Position numbers and translations under genes: made by a program
The notes under the pieces: model-generated
The model's database searches: none
Told to the model about the DNA's origin: nothing
The model's input: only the letters and a program-made list of their open reading frames with translations
Assembly: GCF_009914755.1 (NCBI RefSeq)
Contig: NC_060942.1
DNA length: 64,000 nucleotides
Strand: one strand, 5' to 3'
From: the human T2T-CHM13v2.0 reference genome, Homo sapiens
Shown here: one piece after another, positions 14,931 through 27,649 of the stretch
How positions within the stretch are numbered: the first letter of the stretch is position 1
How the letters are laid out: each line of letters opens with the position of its first letter

Positions 14931-15717
14931 GTTGCTAAACCCTTTATTATTTGGATTCTGACATTCATACTCCACTGAAACTCTTTTTAGGGAATAAAAT
15001 TATTTTAAGTCCCCAAATACATCAACTCAACTTTAGTTAAAATTGGACAGAGGGAGACCCCAAGTCCCTAGACACAATAGTATATAAACAACTTCCAGAT
15101 AATTACCCTTTGTTTAATGTGATATGGAAACATTATTTACACATTATTTTATGTTCTAACCACTTCATAGTATTTTTTAAATAAGGGAGAAGGTTGAAGA
15201 ATAATTATAATTCAGTTACCATAAAGGCTGATATTATTGTTTAAATTAAATTTGTATTTATATTAACTGGTTTTGTTCAGAACAGCAGAGGACTATATAA
15301 TCTATATCTTTAAGATTATGGAAACAGCATCTCTTAACATGCCTACATGGGGAAAGTATAAATGTGTCATGGGACAATGCATTTGCTCACCAATCTTGTA
15401 AAAATTGACCTGTTGGCTGTGATCTTACTAATCTAGTTATAGTTGACCTAACTCATATATTAACTGTAAAACATTTGGTAAGTTTAAAAGTTTCTAAACC
15501 TCCCTCTTCTAAGTTATTTTGTCCAGAAAAATAAATTAGTAGTTCTAATGGACTCACTCTTAAAATACAATGTAAAATTTCATTTTCAACTCTCTGTGGT
15601 CACCAGAATTTACAGAGTTGGATGAGCACTTCTCAGTCACCAACCTATTTGATATATTTAAGCCATTTGGTTTTCTTCAGTGTTCTGCACATTACTCTTT
15701 TCTCTTATCACTCTTTA

Positions 15718-15897
15718 CCAAGGGATCTCAAATTTTACTGTACAAAATAATCACTTGAGGAGTTTTTAAAATGCAGTTCCCTGGCCTCATACCCCAAAAT
15801 TCTAATTGCCTTGCATTGTGCTGGATCCAAGGAATCTGTTCTTAACAAGGGGGTAATTCTGTTGCTAGTGGTCTCTAGGTCACACTTTAAGAAGCTA
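15718..15897. mobile_element. MER5A/B
   Basis: aatcacttgaggagtttttaaaatgcag...ccaaggaatctg...taacaag...gtcacactttaagaa. Confidence 0.7.
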
Positions 15898-16657
15898 TAT
15901 CCTCAATGGATGACTTTATGCATTTCTGTGCCTTTAATGATCTTTAATTTACTAATAACTTCCAAATCTATATTTTTAACTCAAACTACTCTTTTGATAT
16001 GCACATTCATATATATTCTCTATTAGACATTGCCACCTAGCTTCCCATTGATCTCTCAGAATAAAACTGACCTTCTTCTCCTATTTTCCTTAAAAAACCT
16101 GCTTCCACTTTTTAATTTTCTGTCTCATATCCTTCCCTGTTTTTACCCATCACATACAGTAACCCCCAAGACCTATCAAACATTTTCCTGCTACCTTTCT
16201 CCCCACTGCCACTGCCCTTGTTGTGGACTTCATCATATTTTGTTTCATCGATTTTCACTCAGAATTTCCAATGAAACCCTAGAAAGGCCATGTATTAAAA
16301 TAACCACATGCCAGGTTACTGGCTATGTCCTAAGACTAAGGGCAAAGCCAAAATAGACTCACAATAACAAAGCCTAAAACAAAGACTAGAAAGGATCAAC
16401 ATGATCCACCCTATAATTTAACTGCATACTAAAACAAGTCAACACTTTTCAGAGAAAAGTAATAGAATCCAGAATTTCTATATAATACCATCCACAGTGT
16501 ATGGTATACAATCAAAAATTATGAGACATGTGAAGAAGCGGAAAATGGGACCTATAATCAAAAGATAAATAGTGAATAGAAGCAGACTCGCAGATGTCCC
16601 AGATGTTTGAATTAGTAGACAAAGGTTTTAAAAATCATTATTTCAAATATGTTTTAG

Positions 16658-17000
<343 letters not shown>

Positions 17001-17269
17001 TTATAGAAAAAAATAGATATACTAAGTTTAAAAATGAGAAATTTCAGGATAGACACAGAAACACTAAATGTGCATGAAATGAAATCCTAAAACTAATATA
17101 TATATATATATATATATGATAGAATTAAGAGAAATTTACACACTGCAAGAGAAATGTTCAGTGAACCTGATAAGGAGACAATAGAAATTATCAAAACTAA
17201 AACATAAAGAGAAAAAGAGATTGGAGAAAATATGAACAGAGCTTCAGTGGTCTGTGGAACAAAACACAC

Positions 17270-17336
17270 ATATATATCATATATGTCATATATATATGTT
17301 ATATATGTCATATATATAACATATATATAAAATATA
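17270..17336. repeat. AT-rich (TA)n/TATATG simple repeat; another (TA)n at 17095-17117
   Basis: Directly visible. Confidence 0.9.
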
Positions 17337-18471
17337 GTCCCAGAAAGAGAGGAGAAGGAGAATGAAATAGAAAATAAAAATTTAAAGGAATGTGGATTTA
17401 ACTGTTTCCAACTTTTATTAAAAATACAAACTCACATGTATAATAAACTCAGTAAAACCCAAGGAGAGTAAATACACACACGCATAAATCACACCTAGAA
17501 ATAGCATAGTGAAACTGTTTGAAATAAAAATAAAGATAAAATCCTAAAAGAAGTCAGAAAGAAATCACATATATACAGAATAATAATAATATAAATCACA
17601 AACAACTTCTCACCAAAAATAATAGAAGCTAGAAGGCAATTGTACAATATTTTTAATGTGATGAAAGAAAATAAACTATCAACCTAGAACTCCATATTTA
17701 ACAAAAATATCCTTCAAAACTGAAGGTGAAATAAAGGCATTTTCAGTTCAATTGAAAGCAAAGAGAATTAATTGCCAGCAAATGTGCACTATGAGAAGTG
17801 AAAAAAAAAGTTATCCAAGACAAAGTAAAATAATACCATACAGAAATTCAAATATACAGGATAGAATATTTCAAGGGGACTAAAATTATAATAACATTAG
17901 TTAAATATATTTTCTTAATTTCTTTCAGAGACAAAGAGCTTTTAAAGCAAATGAAACAGCATTGTAAGATGAGGTTTGTAATATATGAACAAATAGGATA
18001 TGACAATCACAAAGTTCAAGAGAGGAGTTAATTGATTATTGTCTCATAAATTTCTTATATAATTGGTATAATATCTATTCAAGGTAAACTATAAGTTAAA
18101 GACACCTATTGTAATCTGTAGAGTAATCACCAAAGCATAATACAAACAGATACATAGCCAAAAAGTTAAGAGAGGGATTAAAATGAAATACTAAAAAAGA
18201 CTCAACCCAAAACAAAGAACAAAGAACACATAGACCAAATAGAATACGAGACAAATTCAAATATATCAATAAGTGTATTAAATATAAATGCACTGAACAC
18301 TCCGCTAGACACTGCAATTAAAAAGTGATATTATATTGGATTTTTATAAAATAACACTTAACTATATGCTGTTTACAAAAGATGTACTTTAAATGTAAAG
18401 AAATGGACAGGTTTAAAGTAAAATAATGAAAAAACACACCATGTAAACACTAAGCATAAGAAATCTGTTGT

Positions 18472-19530
18472 AAAAGCCAAAATTGACAAATGGGATCTAA
18501 TTAAACTCAAGAGCTTCTGCACAGCAAGAGAAACTACCATCAGAGTGAACAGGCAACCTACAAAATGGGAGAAAATTTTCACAACCTACTCATCTGACAA
18601 AGGGCTAATATCCAGAATCTACAATGAACTCAAACAAATTTACAAGAAAAAAACAAACAACCCCATCAAAAAGTGGGTGAAGGACATGAAAAGACACTTC
18701 TCAAAAGAAGACATTTATGCAGCCAAAAAACACATGAAAAAATGCTCACCATCACTGGCCATCATAGAAATGCAAATCAAAACCACAATGAGATACCATC
18801 TCACACCAGTTAGAATGGCAATCATTAAAAAGTCAGGAAACAACAGGTGCTGGAGAGGATGTGGAGAAATAGGAACACTTTGACACTGTTGGTGGGACTG
18901 TAAACTAGTTCAACCATTGTGGAAGTCAGTGTGGTGATTCCTCAGGGATCTAGAACTAGAAATACCATTTGACCCAGCCATCCCATTACTGGGGATATAC
19001 CCAAAGGACTATAAATCATGCTGCTATAAAGACACATGCACATGTATGTTTATTGAGGCACTATTCACAATAGCAAAGACTTGGAACCAACCCAAATGTC
19101 CAACAATGATAGACTGGATTAAGAAAATGTGGCACATATACACCATGGAATTCTATGCAGCCATAAAAAATGATGAGTTCATGTCCTTTGTAGGGACATG
19201 GATGAAATTGGAAATCATCATTCTCAGTAAACTATCGCAAGAACAAAAACCAAACACCACATATTCTCACTCATAGGTGGGAATTGAACAATGAGAACAC
19301 ATGGACACAGGAAGGGGAACATCACACTCTGGGGACTGTTGTGGGGTGGGAGGAGTGGGGAGGGATAGCTTTAGGAGATATACCTAATGCTAAATGACGA
19401 GTTAATGGGTGCAGCACACCAGCATGGCACATGTATACATATGTAACTAACCTGCACATTGTGCACATGTACCCTAAAACTTAAAATATAATAATAATAA
19501 AATAAAATAAAATAAAGAAATAGAAAAAAA
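18472..19530 (+). mobile_element. L1PA3-like 5'-truncated L1 (ORF2 C-terminus plus 3' UTR), perfect 14-bp TSD
   Basis: ORF2 peptides ([29 protein letters not shown]; KTWNQPKCPTMIDWIKKMWHIYTME). 3' UTR ctaatgctaaatgacgagttaatgggtgcagcacaccagc. TSD aagaaatctgttgt at 18458-18471 and 19531-19544. Confidence 0.95.
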
Positions 19531-21142
19531 AAGAAATCTGTTGTGACTCCGTTAAGATTAAACGAAGTGAACTTCATGGTAAGGAGTATTAACAGAGATT
19601 TAAGAGGAAGACATCATTCCAAAATGTATATGTATCATACAACAGAGTTTCAAATGACACTAAGCAAAATTTAACAAAACTAAAAGTGGGAAATACATGA
19701 ATCCATTTACATAGATGATTACTTAATTAGCCTACTAAAAGCTTAACTATCTATATGCTTACTGATAAGGTTGGCCACCTTCTATGAGGTTCTGATGCCA
19801 AAGTTTCCATAGCTCCTTACCATGTAAGTAAAATACTACAGCATTTAAAGTAGAGAGAGAATATGAAAATAGAACTAAAGTATATATCCTACTAATTGCT
19901 TGGGCAGAGGTGATACCTTTCTCTGTAAAAAGTCTCTATCTCATACAGATACAACCTCTAAGAGCTTAAACATCTTAAAAATCAAGTTTAATGAAATACC
20001 TCCAGTTTTTTTTAGTTCTTAGGATAAACCGATGTCATTTTTTAGCAATTCTTAAATATACAAGCATCATAACTATTTGAATCAGAGTCTACATAAAACA
20101 TCTTTTAAATCAGCCTTTTTTCCCCTCCTTTCCAGAATCTAACACACAATTACCACTGTTTTATACTAGCATATTATATCTTGTTTTTAATTTGGAATAA
20201 CGTATCTTTCAACCCTATTTACTTTATCTAATTTGTTAAGAACATCAGTATCATCAAACTAATTATGAGAGGCAAATGGCTTAACATAAAATTAATGTTC
20301 CTAAGCCCCCCCAAGTTAGTTATTATTTAAAGTCACCAATTCTTTTTCTTCATGTGTAATTACTTTTAGATGTATTAACGGAGATGATTAACAATAAGTA
20401 AAAGAATAAATTTATGAAATTGATTCATGTGTTCTACTTTTCAGTATCATTAAATATTTCTGAGTCTCTCCAAAGCTGAAAGGACCATTATGCAGACAAT
20501 GTTCTGACAGATAGCAACCAAGACATCCCAAGGCGAAACTGTCTTCAGACTCATCTTTCTAACCTTTTTTTCCCATTTTTGACACTCCTGCTACACTCAT
20601 TCTTTCCCTCAAAATCCCAAGTTCCTCCACAGTCATTGTTGTTTAATGAAGTACATGTCAGCCAGAGAAGAGAAAAAGCAATATTCTGTAGGCTGAGTTC
20701 TGGTGGTACAGAGAGCATCAGTTTTCCATTCCGGGTAGAGGATCTAGAGAATGGCTGCACTTCCTGATCAAAATTTTCCCTTTATAAAGAGTTTGTACCT
20801 AGCACATTCCAACACATCCACAGAGAGGTAAAGTCCAGTTCCTCAACTCTGTGTCAGCTATTTGACTATGACAGGTTCTTCAACCCATCATTTGTAAAAT
20901 GGTAATATCTGAGCTAATTCACCCGTGCTTGATTGAAGCTAACAAGAGTTAACTGCTTACTCAAGAGGAAAAGATCATAGAATGTAAAAATTGTATTACA
21001 TGGCAAAAGAAATTATTATAAAATTCTATTACATGAAAAGTTTAAGGTCATAGTAATATAACTCAGATTTATGCCACTCAGTAACCATTAAGATAATTTT
21101 CTGTGCCTTCTCTTTGTTCAGTTTTGATGTTGTGGAAGAAGT

Positions 21143-21325
21143 ATAAACTGCAGAGTCAGCCAGACCTGGGTTTGAAGCCCAATTCTGACAAACCTACATT
21201 GTCATATTATAAAACAAGAATAATAATCCCAAACTTCCAAAGTTGTTCCAAGGATGACATAAAGTTATACATGTGAAGTGTCTAACTAATGGTCTGGTTT
21301 ATAGTAGGTTCTTAATAAATAATCA
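21143..21325 (+). mobile_element. MIR (MIRb-like)
   Basis: gagtcagccagacctgggtttgaagccc...atagtaggttcttaataaat. Confidence 0.75.
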
Positions 21326-22796
21326 TTTCCAATATTCTTTTCATTTATTTAGCTTCACCAACTATAATGTAGGTTAAAAACAATAATTATATATTGGTCT
21401 TCTTAGTCATCTTTAAATATCTCAGTCTTAGCCTTCTTTAAATACTCCCTTAGAACCTGTAAAGTTGCCAAGACCACAATTAGCATGAAATAAATTCCAG
21501 GGGAGAAATAAATGGAAAAGGAGAGACAACAAAGACATTGATCTAGAAAACTAATTTGCTTTAAGGTAATGGTCATTAGAAGATGAAGGCCTGAGAACAA
21601 AAGCTGGGGCAAGAAGAAGGGGGAAAGTCCAGAAGACTTATTTTTGGTTCTAATTTTTTTTAATAGAACTGAAAAATTCAATTTCTTGGCTTTTTATTGT
21701 TATTGATACAGACATTTAACATCTTTATCATGGCCTGATACTTTATTTACATAAAATATAACTCATTTTTTGTTTCAAACAAAACAGTCCTGGGTAAACA
21801 CCAAGGAAAATATTCCCTATGCTCTCCCTAAATCAATTCCTTATTTCCATTACCTGAGGCAGAGTTCTGAGTCGGCTAAAACTGGGACTGACCCAAGGTG
21901 ACATTTCTCACTTTGTCAAGGTAAAAGTCTCATTAGGAAGCAGATGCATCAGCATATTGAACCTCCAGTTAGCCATTAGCAGCATTATGAAGTGCTCTGA
22001 CTAGCATTCAGAAAAATTATATACTTTTCAAATGATAGATCACATAAACCGAGCCATTATCCCACCTTGCCAAAACAACTCACTAAAAATGAAGAAATCG
22101 ACCAAATTGGTAATTTGGTGTAATTAAGGGCATACTCCTTCTACCCTCCAACGTCCAAAATAAATAATCACTTAACTGAATTCAACCACCTTTTAATGAA
22201 TTAATTGGATGCACTAATTTTGCATTTAGAATCACTCTTGGTAAACTTATCTGGGAACTTCAAGGAAAGAAATAGAAAATCCATAAATTCCTTGGAAAAC
22301 ATGTCAAGTTCTTGTGTTTCTAGTCTACATTAATCCCCCATAAAGTGATTGAATGTATTGAAGAAGCTATCAGAATAATATGTTTCCTAAAAATTATCAT
22401 TTTCATGACTGTGGATATTTCAAGTGAATGATTTTTAAGCTTAAATTATCCTGATAATTGCCTCAAAGACACATTTTGCTTTTCAAAAAGATACAGAAGT
22501 TCATCCTAGCATGTAGCTTAAATTCAATCTATTGATATTTGCCTGTTTTTTCTTCTCTTTAGAAAACTAAAGAAATGCTATTTTCTAACATATTTAGCTG
22601 GAGATATAACTTTGTATATGATCTAAGATTTCCAAGAAACTAGCCAATCAATTAAATTTCTTGTTACTTGTAACACATGGAGTATTTATTTAGGTAGAAT
22701 TCTTCAGATCCTAAAATCAATGATTTTTTTCCTAGAATTATTTAACCAGGAATGTCCATATGTCCATGCTAGCTACCATGGTCTGATTTCTATAGT

Positions 22797-22800
<4 letters not shown>

Positions 22801-22829
<29 letters not shown>
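22801..22829 (+). repeat. Pure poly(A) tract, 29 nt
   Basis: Directly visible. Confidence 0.95.
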
Positions 22830-22877
22830 CATGCTGTGGTTTCAGTATTTTTGTTCCCTCCAAAGTTTTAATGGGTT

Positions 22878-23458
22878 TTCAAAGGAAAAGAAAATCCTCT
22901 TCCCTTTTTGGGTCCTTTCCTGATCCAGGAGAGATTAACTAACAGTCTTTTAGGGTCTGATCAGAGACATTTACCATCTGTTTTTCTTTGAAGCCTGCTA
23001 CCTGGAGGCTTCATCTACATAACAAAAACCTAGGCCTAGGCTTCCACAACCACCCTTATCTTAACTAGATTTTTTTTCCGCTGACTTCAACTCTTCAGGC
23101 AGAGTTTAGCCCTTTCAAAAAATTTTCAATCAGGAAATCTTTAAATCCACCTATGACCTGAAAGTTATCTCCAACCCTCACCCCCCTCCACCCCTCCCAC
23201 CCTAACCCACACGCAGCTACCTGGCTTCAAGATGTCCCGTTTTCCAGGCTGAACCAATGTACACCTAACATCTATTGATTTATGTCTCTGCCTGTAACTT
23301 CTTTTCCCCTAAAATGTATAAAATCAAGCTGTAACCAGACCACCTTGGGCACACTTTTCAGGATGTCTTGGGGCTATGTCATGGGTAATGGCGCTCACAT
23401 TTGGCTCAGAATAAACCTCTTCAAGTATTTTACATAGTTTGACTCTTTTTTGTCCACA
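22878..23458 (+). mobile_element. MER4-group ERV1 solo LTR
   Basis: gaagcctgctacctggaggcttcatct...cctaaaatgtataaaatcaagctgta...ccaccttgggcac...ggctcagaataaacctcttcaa...tgtccaca. Confidence 0.85.
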
Positions 23459-23489
23459 GTAATGAGGATTCCACTCTTATAAATTGATT

Positions 23490-24275
23490 AATGTATTTAT
23501 TAAAAGGGCTGGCAGATGTGGGTTTGTCAGAGGCATTTGAACCAGAGCAACTCCATCTTAAATAGGAGCTGGGTAAAATGAGGCTGAGATCTGCTGGGCT
23601 GCATTCCCAGATGGTTAAAGACATTGTAAGCTACAGGATGAAATAGAAAGTCAGAACAAGATACAGGTCATAAAGACCTTTCTGGTAAAACAGGCTGTAG
23701 TAAAAAAACTGGCCAAAACCCACCAAAACCAAGATGGTGGTGATGAGAGTGACCTCTCTCGTCCTCACTGCTACACTCCCACCAGCGCCATGACAGTTTA
23801 CAAATGCCATGGCAACATCAGGAAGTTACATAATATGGTCTAAAAGGAGGAGGAGGCATGAATAATCTACCCCTTGTTTAGCATATCATCAAGAAACAAC
23901 CATAAAAATGGGCAAACAGCAGCCCTCAGGGCTGCTCTGTCTATGGAGTAGCCATTCTTTTGTTCCTTTACTTTCTTAATAAATTTGCTTTCACCTCACT
24001 CTACAGACTTCCCCTGAATTCTTTCTTGTGCAAGATTGAAGAACCCTCTCTTGGGGTATGGATCTGGACCCCTTTGCTGTAACAGGTTTGCTCTCTTGCT
24101 TGCTTTGCCCTTCTGCCTTCTGCCACATAATGACATGGCAAGAAGGCCCTCACCACATGACCTTGTTTTGAGCTTGGACTCCCAGCCTCCAGAACTCTGA
24201 GGAAATAATTTTCCATTCTTTATAAATTACCCAGTCTCAGGTATTTTGTTATAGCAGCACAAAAAGACTAAGACA
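23490..24275 (+). mobile_element. MaLR LTR (MST/MLT1A type) split by MER41A
   Basis: gcaagaaggccctcacca...cttggactcccagcctccagaact...ataaattacccagtctcaggtattttgttatagcagcac...gactaagaca. Confidence 0.85.
23525..24084 (+). mobile_element. MER41A solo LTR (ERV1), 4-bp TSD GGTT
   Basis: tgtcagaggcatttgaaccagagcaactccatctt...ggacccctttgctgtaaca; TG..CA ends; ggtt at 23521-23524 and 24085-24088; lacks the MER41B GAS-containing segment. Confidence 0.92.
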
Positions 24276-24386
24276 AACCAATAACACAAAAATGCCTAAA
24301 ATTGCATAACTACAGTTTTATTCTTTAGTTTAAAAAAAAAATACTATTAAAAGGCAAATGTCTTTGGGGAGATAATTCTTTGAATT

Positions 24387-24549
24387 AGTAGTTTCAAATT
24401 TATCAAGCCTAATATTTACCTGGAAAGTTTTATAACATGCAGATTTCCAAGCTCTATCTCCTGATATCCCAATAGAGTAAGGCTGGGAATCTACATTTTT
24501 AGCATGCCTCTGAAATAACTCCAACTGCACTTTGAAAAACCAGCTATAG
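24387..24549. mobile_element. MER5A-like
   Basis: acatgcagatttcc...ctgggaatctacatttttagcatgcct...cactttgaaaaacca. Confidence 0.6.
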
Positions 24550-24780
24550 TATAATTTTATAATGGATCCATTGTTAATAGTTTGGATGGGAAAATAAGTA
24601 GAGTGAGCATGGATCCTCTGGGTTCCTCCAGGGAGGGGAGTAATGGAGTCAGTAAGAACAGACAACAATAAGAATTAGGAGACTGGAGGAATAAATAAGA
24701 CAAATTTCACTTGTTTCATAAACTTGCCTAGTGCTTGCTACACCTAAAAATAGAGACTATGTCAAAATTCCAGTGGCTCT

Positions 24781-25632
24781 TTTTTTAATTTTTTTATTGA
24801 TACATAACATAACATTTGGACAAATTTATGGAGTATGTGTGATATTTGTTAGATGCAGAAAATGTGTAATGATTAAGTCAGGATATTTAGGTTAAGCATC
24901 ACCTTGAGTATCATTTCTATATTAATGATGGGAACATTTCTTTATATATATATGTGTGTGCATGTGTGTGTATGTGTGTGTATATATATGTGTATATACA
25001 TATGTGTGTGTGTATATATATATTTTTTTATTTTTTTTAAGTTCCGGGGTACATTTGCAGAATGTGCAGGTTTGTTACATAGGTAAACATGTGTCTTGGT
25101 AATTTGCTGCCCTACCAACCAATGATGGGAACATTTCAAGTCTGCTCCTCTAGCTATTTTTAAATATGCAATACTTTGTTGTTAACTATAGTCACCCTGC
25201 TCTGCTATCAAACATTAAAACTTGTTCCTTCTATCTAACTGTATATTTGTACCCATTAAACAAACTCTCTTTATCCTTCCCCTCACCCACCCACACACTC
25301 TTCCCAGCTTCTGGTATCTATCATTCTACTCTCTACCTCCATGAGATCAACTATTTTTAGCTCCCAAATATGAGTGAGAACGTGTGATATTTGTCTTTCT
25401 GTACCTGGCTTGCTTCACTTAATATAATTTTCTCCAGTTCCATTCATATTCTACAAATGACATGATTCATTATTTTTACAGCCTAATAGTATTCCCTTAT
25501 CTATATATACCACATTTTCTTTATTCATTCATTTTTTGATGAACAATTAGGTTGATTCTACATCTTTGCTATTGTGAATAGATCTGCAATAAATGGGGTT
25601 GCAAGTATCTCTTTGATATACTGATTTTCTTC
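24781..25632 (-). mobile_element. L1MA 3' end, hosting a short L1PA insertion
   Basis: ttttattgatacataa...gttaactatagtcaccct...ctactctctacctccatgagatcaac...tgagtgagaac. Confidence 0.9.
24941..25120 (-). mobile_element. Very short L1PA (PA8-13 like) 3' end with microsatellite tail, perfect 17-bp TSD
   Basis: aagttccggggtacat...caggtttgttacataggtaaaca; TSD aatgatgggaacatttc at 24924-24940 and 25121-25137. Confidence 0.9.
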
Positions 25633-25649
25633 CCAAGTGGCCGACTCTT

Positions 25650-26098
25650 TTTATTTTTAATTGAAAAGAGGTAGAGAGGAAGGAAGGAGAGAGAGTATGC
25701 AAGAGAGAAGAAAACTAGAGGAGCTAAAGACCAAAGCAATGAAGAGGAGGCTCTTGTCTATCTCCCGTCATTGTGTTCCAGCTGGTTCGTTTGTTTGTTT
25801 GTTTGATTTTAATTTTTTTATATACTTAAAGTTCTGGGGTACATGTGTAGAACATGCAGGTTTGTTACATAGGTATACATGTGCTATGGTGGTTTGCTGC
25901 ACCCATCAACCCGTCATCTACATTAGGTATTTCTCCTAATGCTATCCCTCCCCTAGCCCCGCACCCCTTGACAGGCCTTGGTGTGTGATATTCCCCTCCC
26001 TGTGTCAATGTGTTCTTATTGTTCAGCTCCCACTTATGAGTGAGAACACGCAGTGTTTGGTTTTCTGTTCTTGGAAACCATCACTTTCAGTAAATTAA
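25650..26098 (-). mobile_element. L1PA7-like insertion with 5' inversion and 3' transduced sequence
   Basis: Antisense L1 3' UTR 25819-26072; sense L1 piece 26073-26098; non-L1 sequence 25661-25784; TSD ccaagtggc(c/t)gactctt at 25633-25649 and 26099-26115. Confidence 0.85.
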
Positions 26099-27092
26099 CC
26101 AAGTGGCTGACTCTTAATGCTCAGACACTGTCTCTCATATCACCCCTTCCTTTCAAATTTGAAAACCGAGACATTTCAAGTATCAAACGGTCTGGTACCA
26201 AAACATAAGGCTCAGCAAATAAAACCCCAGAATTTATAACAGTTTGGCTCCTTAAATTAGATTTGAATGCCATATATCCTAGAATTCTAAGAAAGCTCCT
26301 TGTTTTTGAAGAAAAATATGGATAAACATGGGGACCAAATTTGTGGCCAAGACAGTTTGCAAGTAAGATTTATTTATGAAGAAAACTGAATCTGCCTTAT
26401 TGTCCTCCAAACATGACAATATTTATAGCACTACTCATGTTCTGCAACTAATAAAAATGACCCGAAAAGATTCTTCACCAAACCTTATATTACTGTAAAA
26501 TTATCAGAGAAAAGAAAAGCGCAAATCAGTTAAGAAAAGCAGCATTAGACAATAGCCCCAGTGATGCCTGGAACTCAAATATTTCGTTCCTACTGTAGGT
26601 AGTTTTGGAAATATCTGTGCTTTGTACATAGGGAGATACCATATATTCCCTGCAGGTAATTGTGAATGATTGCCAAAGTAAAGCATAAATTCAGGAGAAG
26701 CTTAGGCTGGTAGGAAGCAAGGACTGTAAATCTGAACTTCCTGACATCTAAGGTTGAATTCTCAGCCCTTGTATCTCATAGATAATTTTACAAGAGAAGG
26801 GATTTTTTAAAGCGCCCTTACTAATTAAGTCTTTATCACAATAACACTGTAACTCTCTGGTCTGGCAAATGACTTAACCAAGAATATAACATCAGAGAGA
26901 CAATAAGAATCTCAGTCAATGGAGCAAGCTTTTTGTGTTTTTTTCTATTGAAGTTGAATGTGCCTTGAAACAGGTGTCAACAGAGCCTTATCATGCATGC
27001 GAAGGACCTGTCATTAGCGAGTAAGCCACAACAGTAATATCTACTAGCAGTTCACTTGCTATGGGCAACACTGAAGTTTCTAATAAGAAAAA

Positions 27093-27300
27093 TAAAAACA
27101 GCTACCATTTATCAGGCACTTACTACTTGCCAAATACAATAATAAGAGCTTTATTTGATTTAACTAACTTAATCCTTGCCATGTCGCTAGAAGAAAGTGA
27201 ATGCTTCTTTTTATAGATGAGGACACTGAACCTCTGATGGTTTAAGTAACCCCAGTTAGTCACAAAGTTGGCAAGTGGTATAATTAGGTTTCAAATTTTA
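27093..27300 (-). mobile_element. MIR (MIRb-like)
   Basis: agctaccatttatcaggcacttactacttgcc...tttatagatgaggacactgaa...gtttaagtaac. Confidence 0.8.
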
Positions 27301-27649
27301 CTTCAAATTATGCTATACCAATTTTTAACTCTGGTTTTTAAAAAATACTATATTTATTCAATTTAGAGATGCCAATAATTATAAGAATTGTTTAATCGCT
27401 TGGGAAGAAGAGATGGAAGTCAAGAAAAATTACCACAATACAAAGACCCATCAACAATTAAAAGCTGCATCTATACCTAACAAACATTCAAATGTGAAAT
27501 AAAGTATGTCTATTCTTTCTCATTTATTGGACCTTGTTAAAGTACTTAGCTAATGCCCAGGCATCAACCATATGACTGGCCTCATGGATAGGTATATTGT
27601 CTGTCTATCTGGAAGGCCCCATGGCTTATTTGTTAACTCAGTCTCTTGG

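Noticed and set aside
18545-19276. L1 ORF2 ORFs as a functional CDS
   Set aside because: 5'-truncated copy with a premature stop at 18881-18883; no endonuclease or reverse transcriptase domain.
23525-24084. MER41 as an interferon-gamma/STAT1 enhancer
   Set aside because: The sequence goes directly from ggtctaaaaggaggagga to gcatgaataatc, lacking the segment with tandem TTCCNGGAA GAS motifs found in MER41B. This is the MER41A form.
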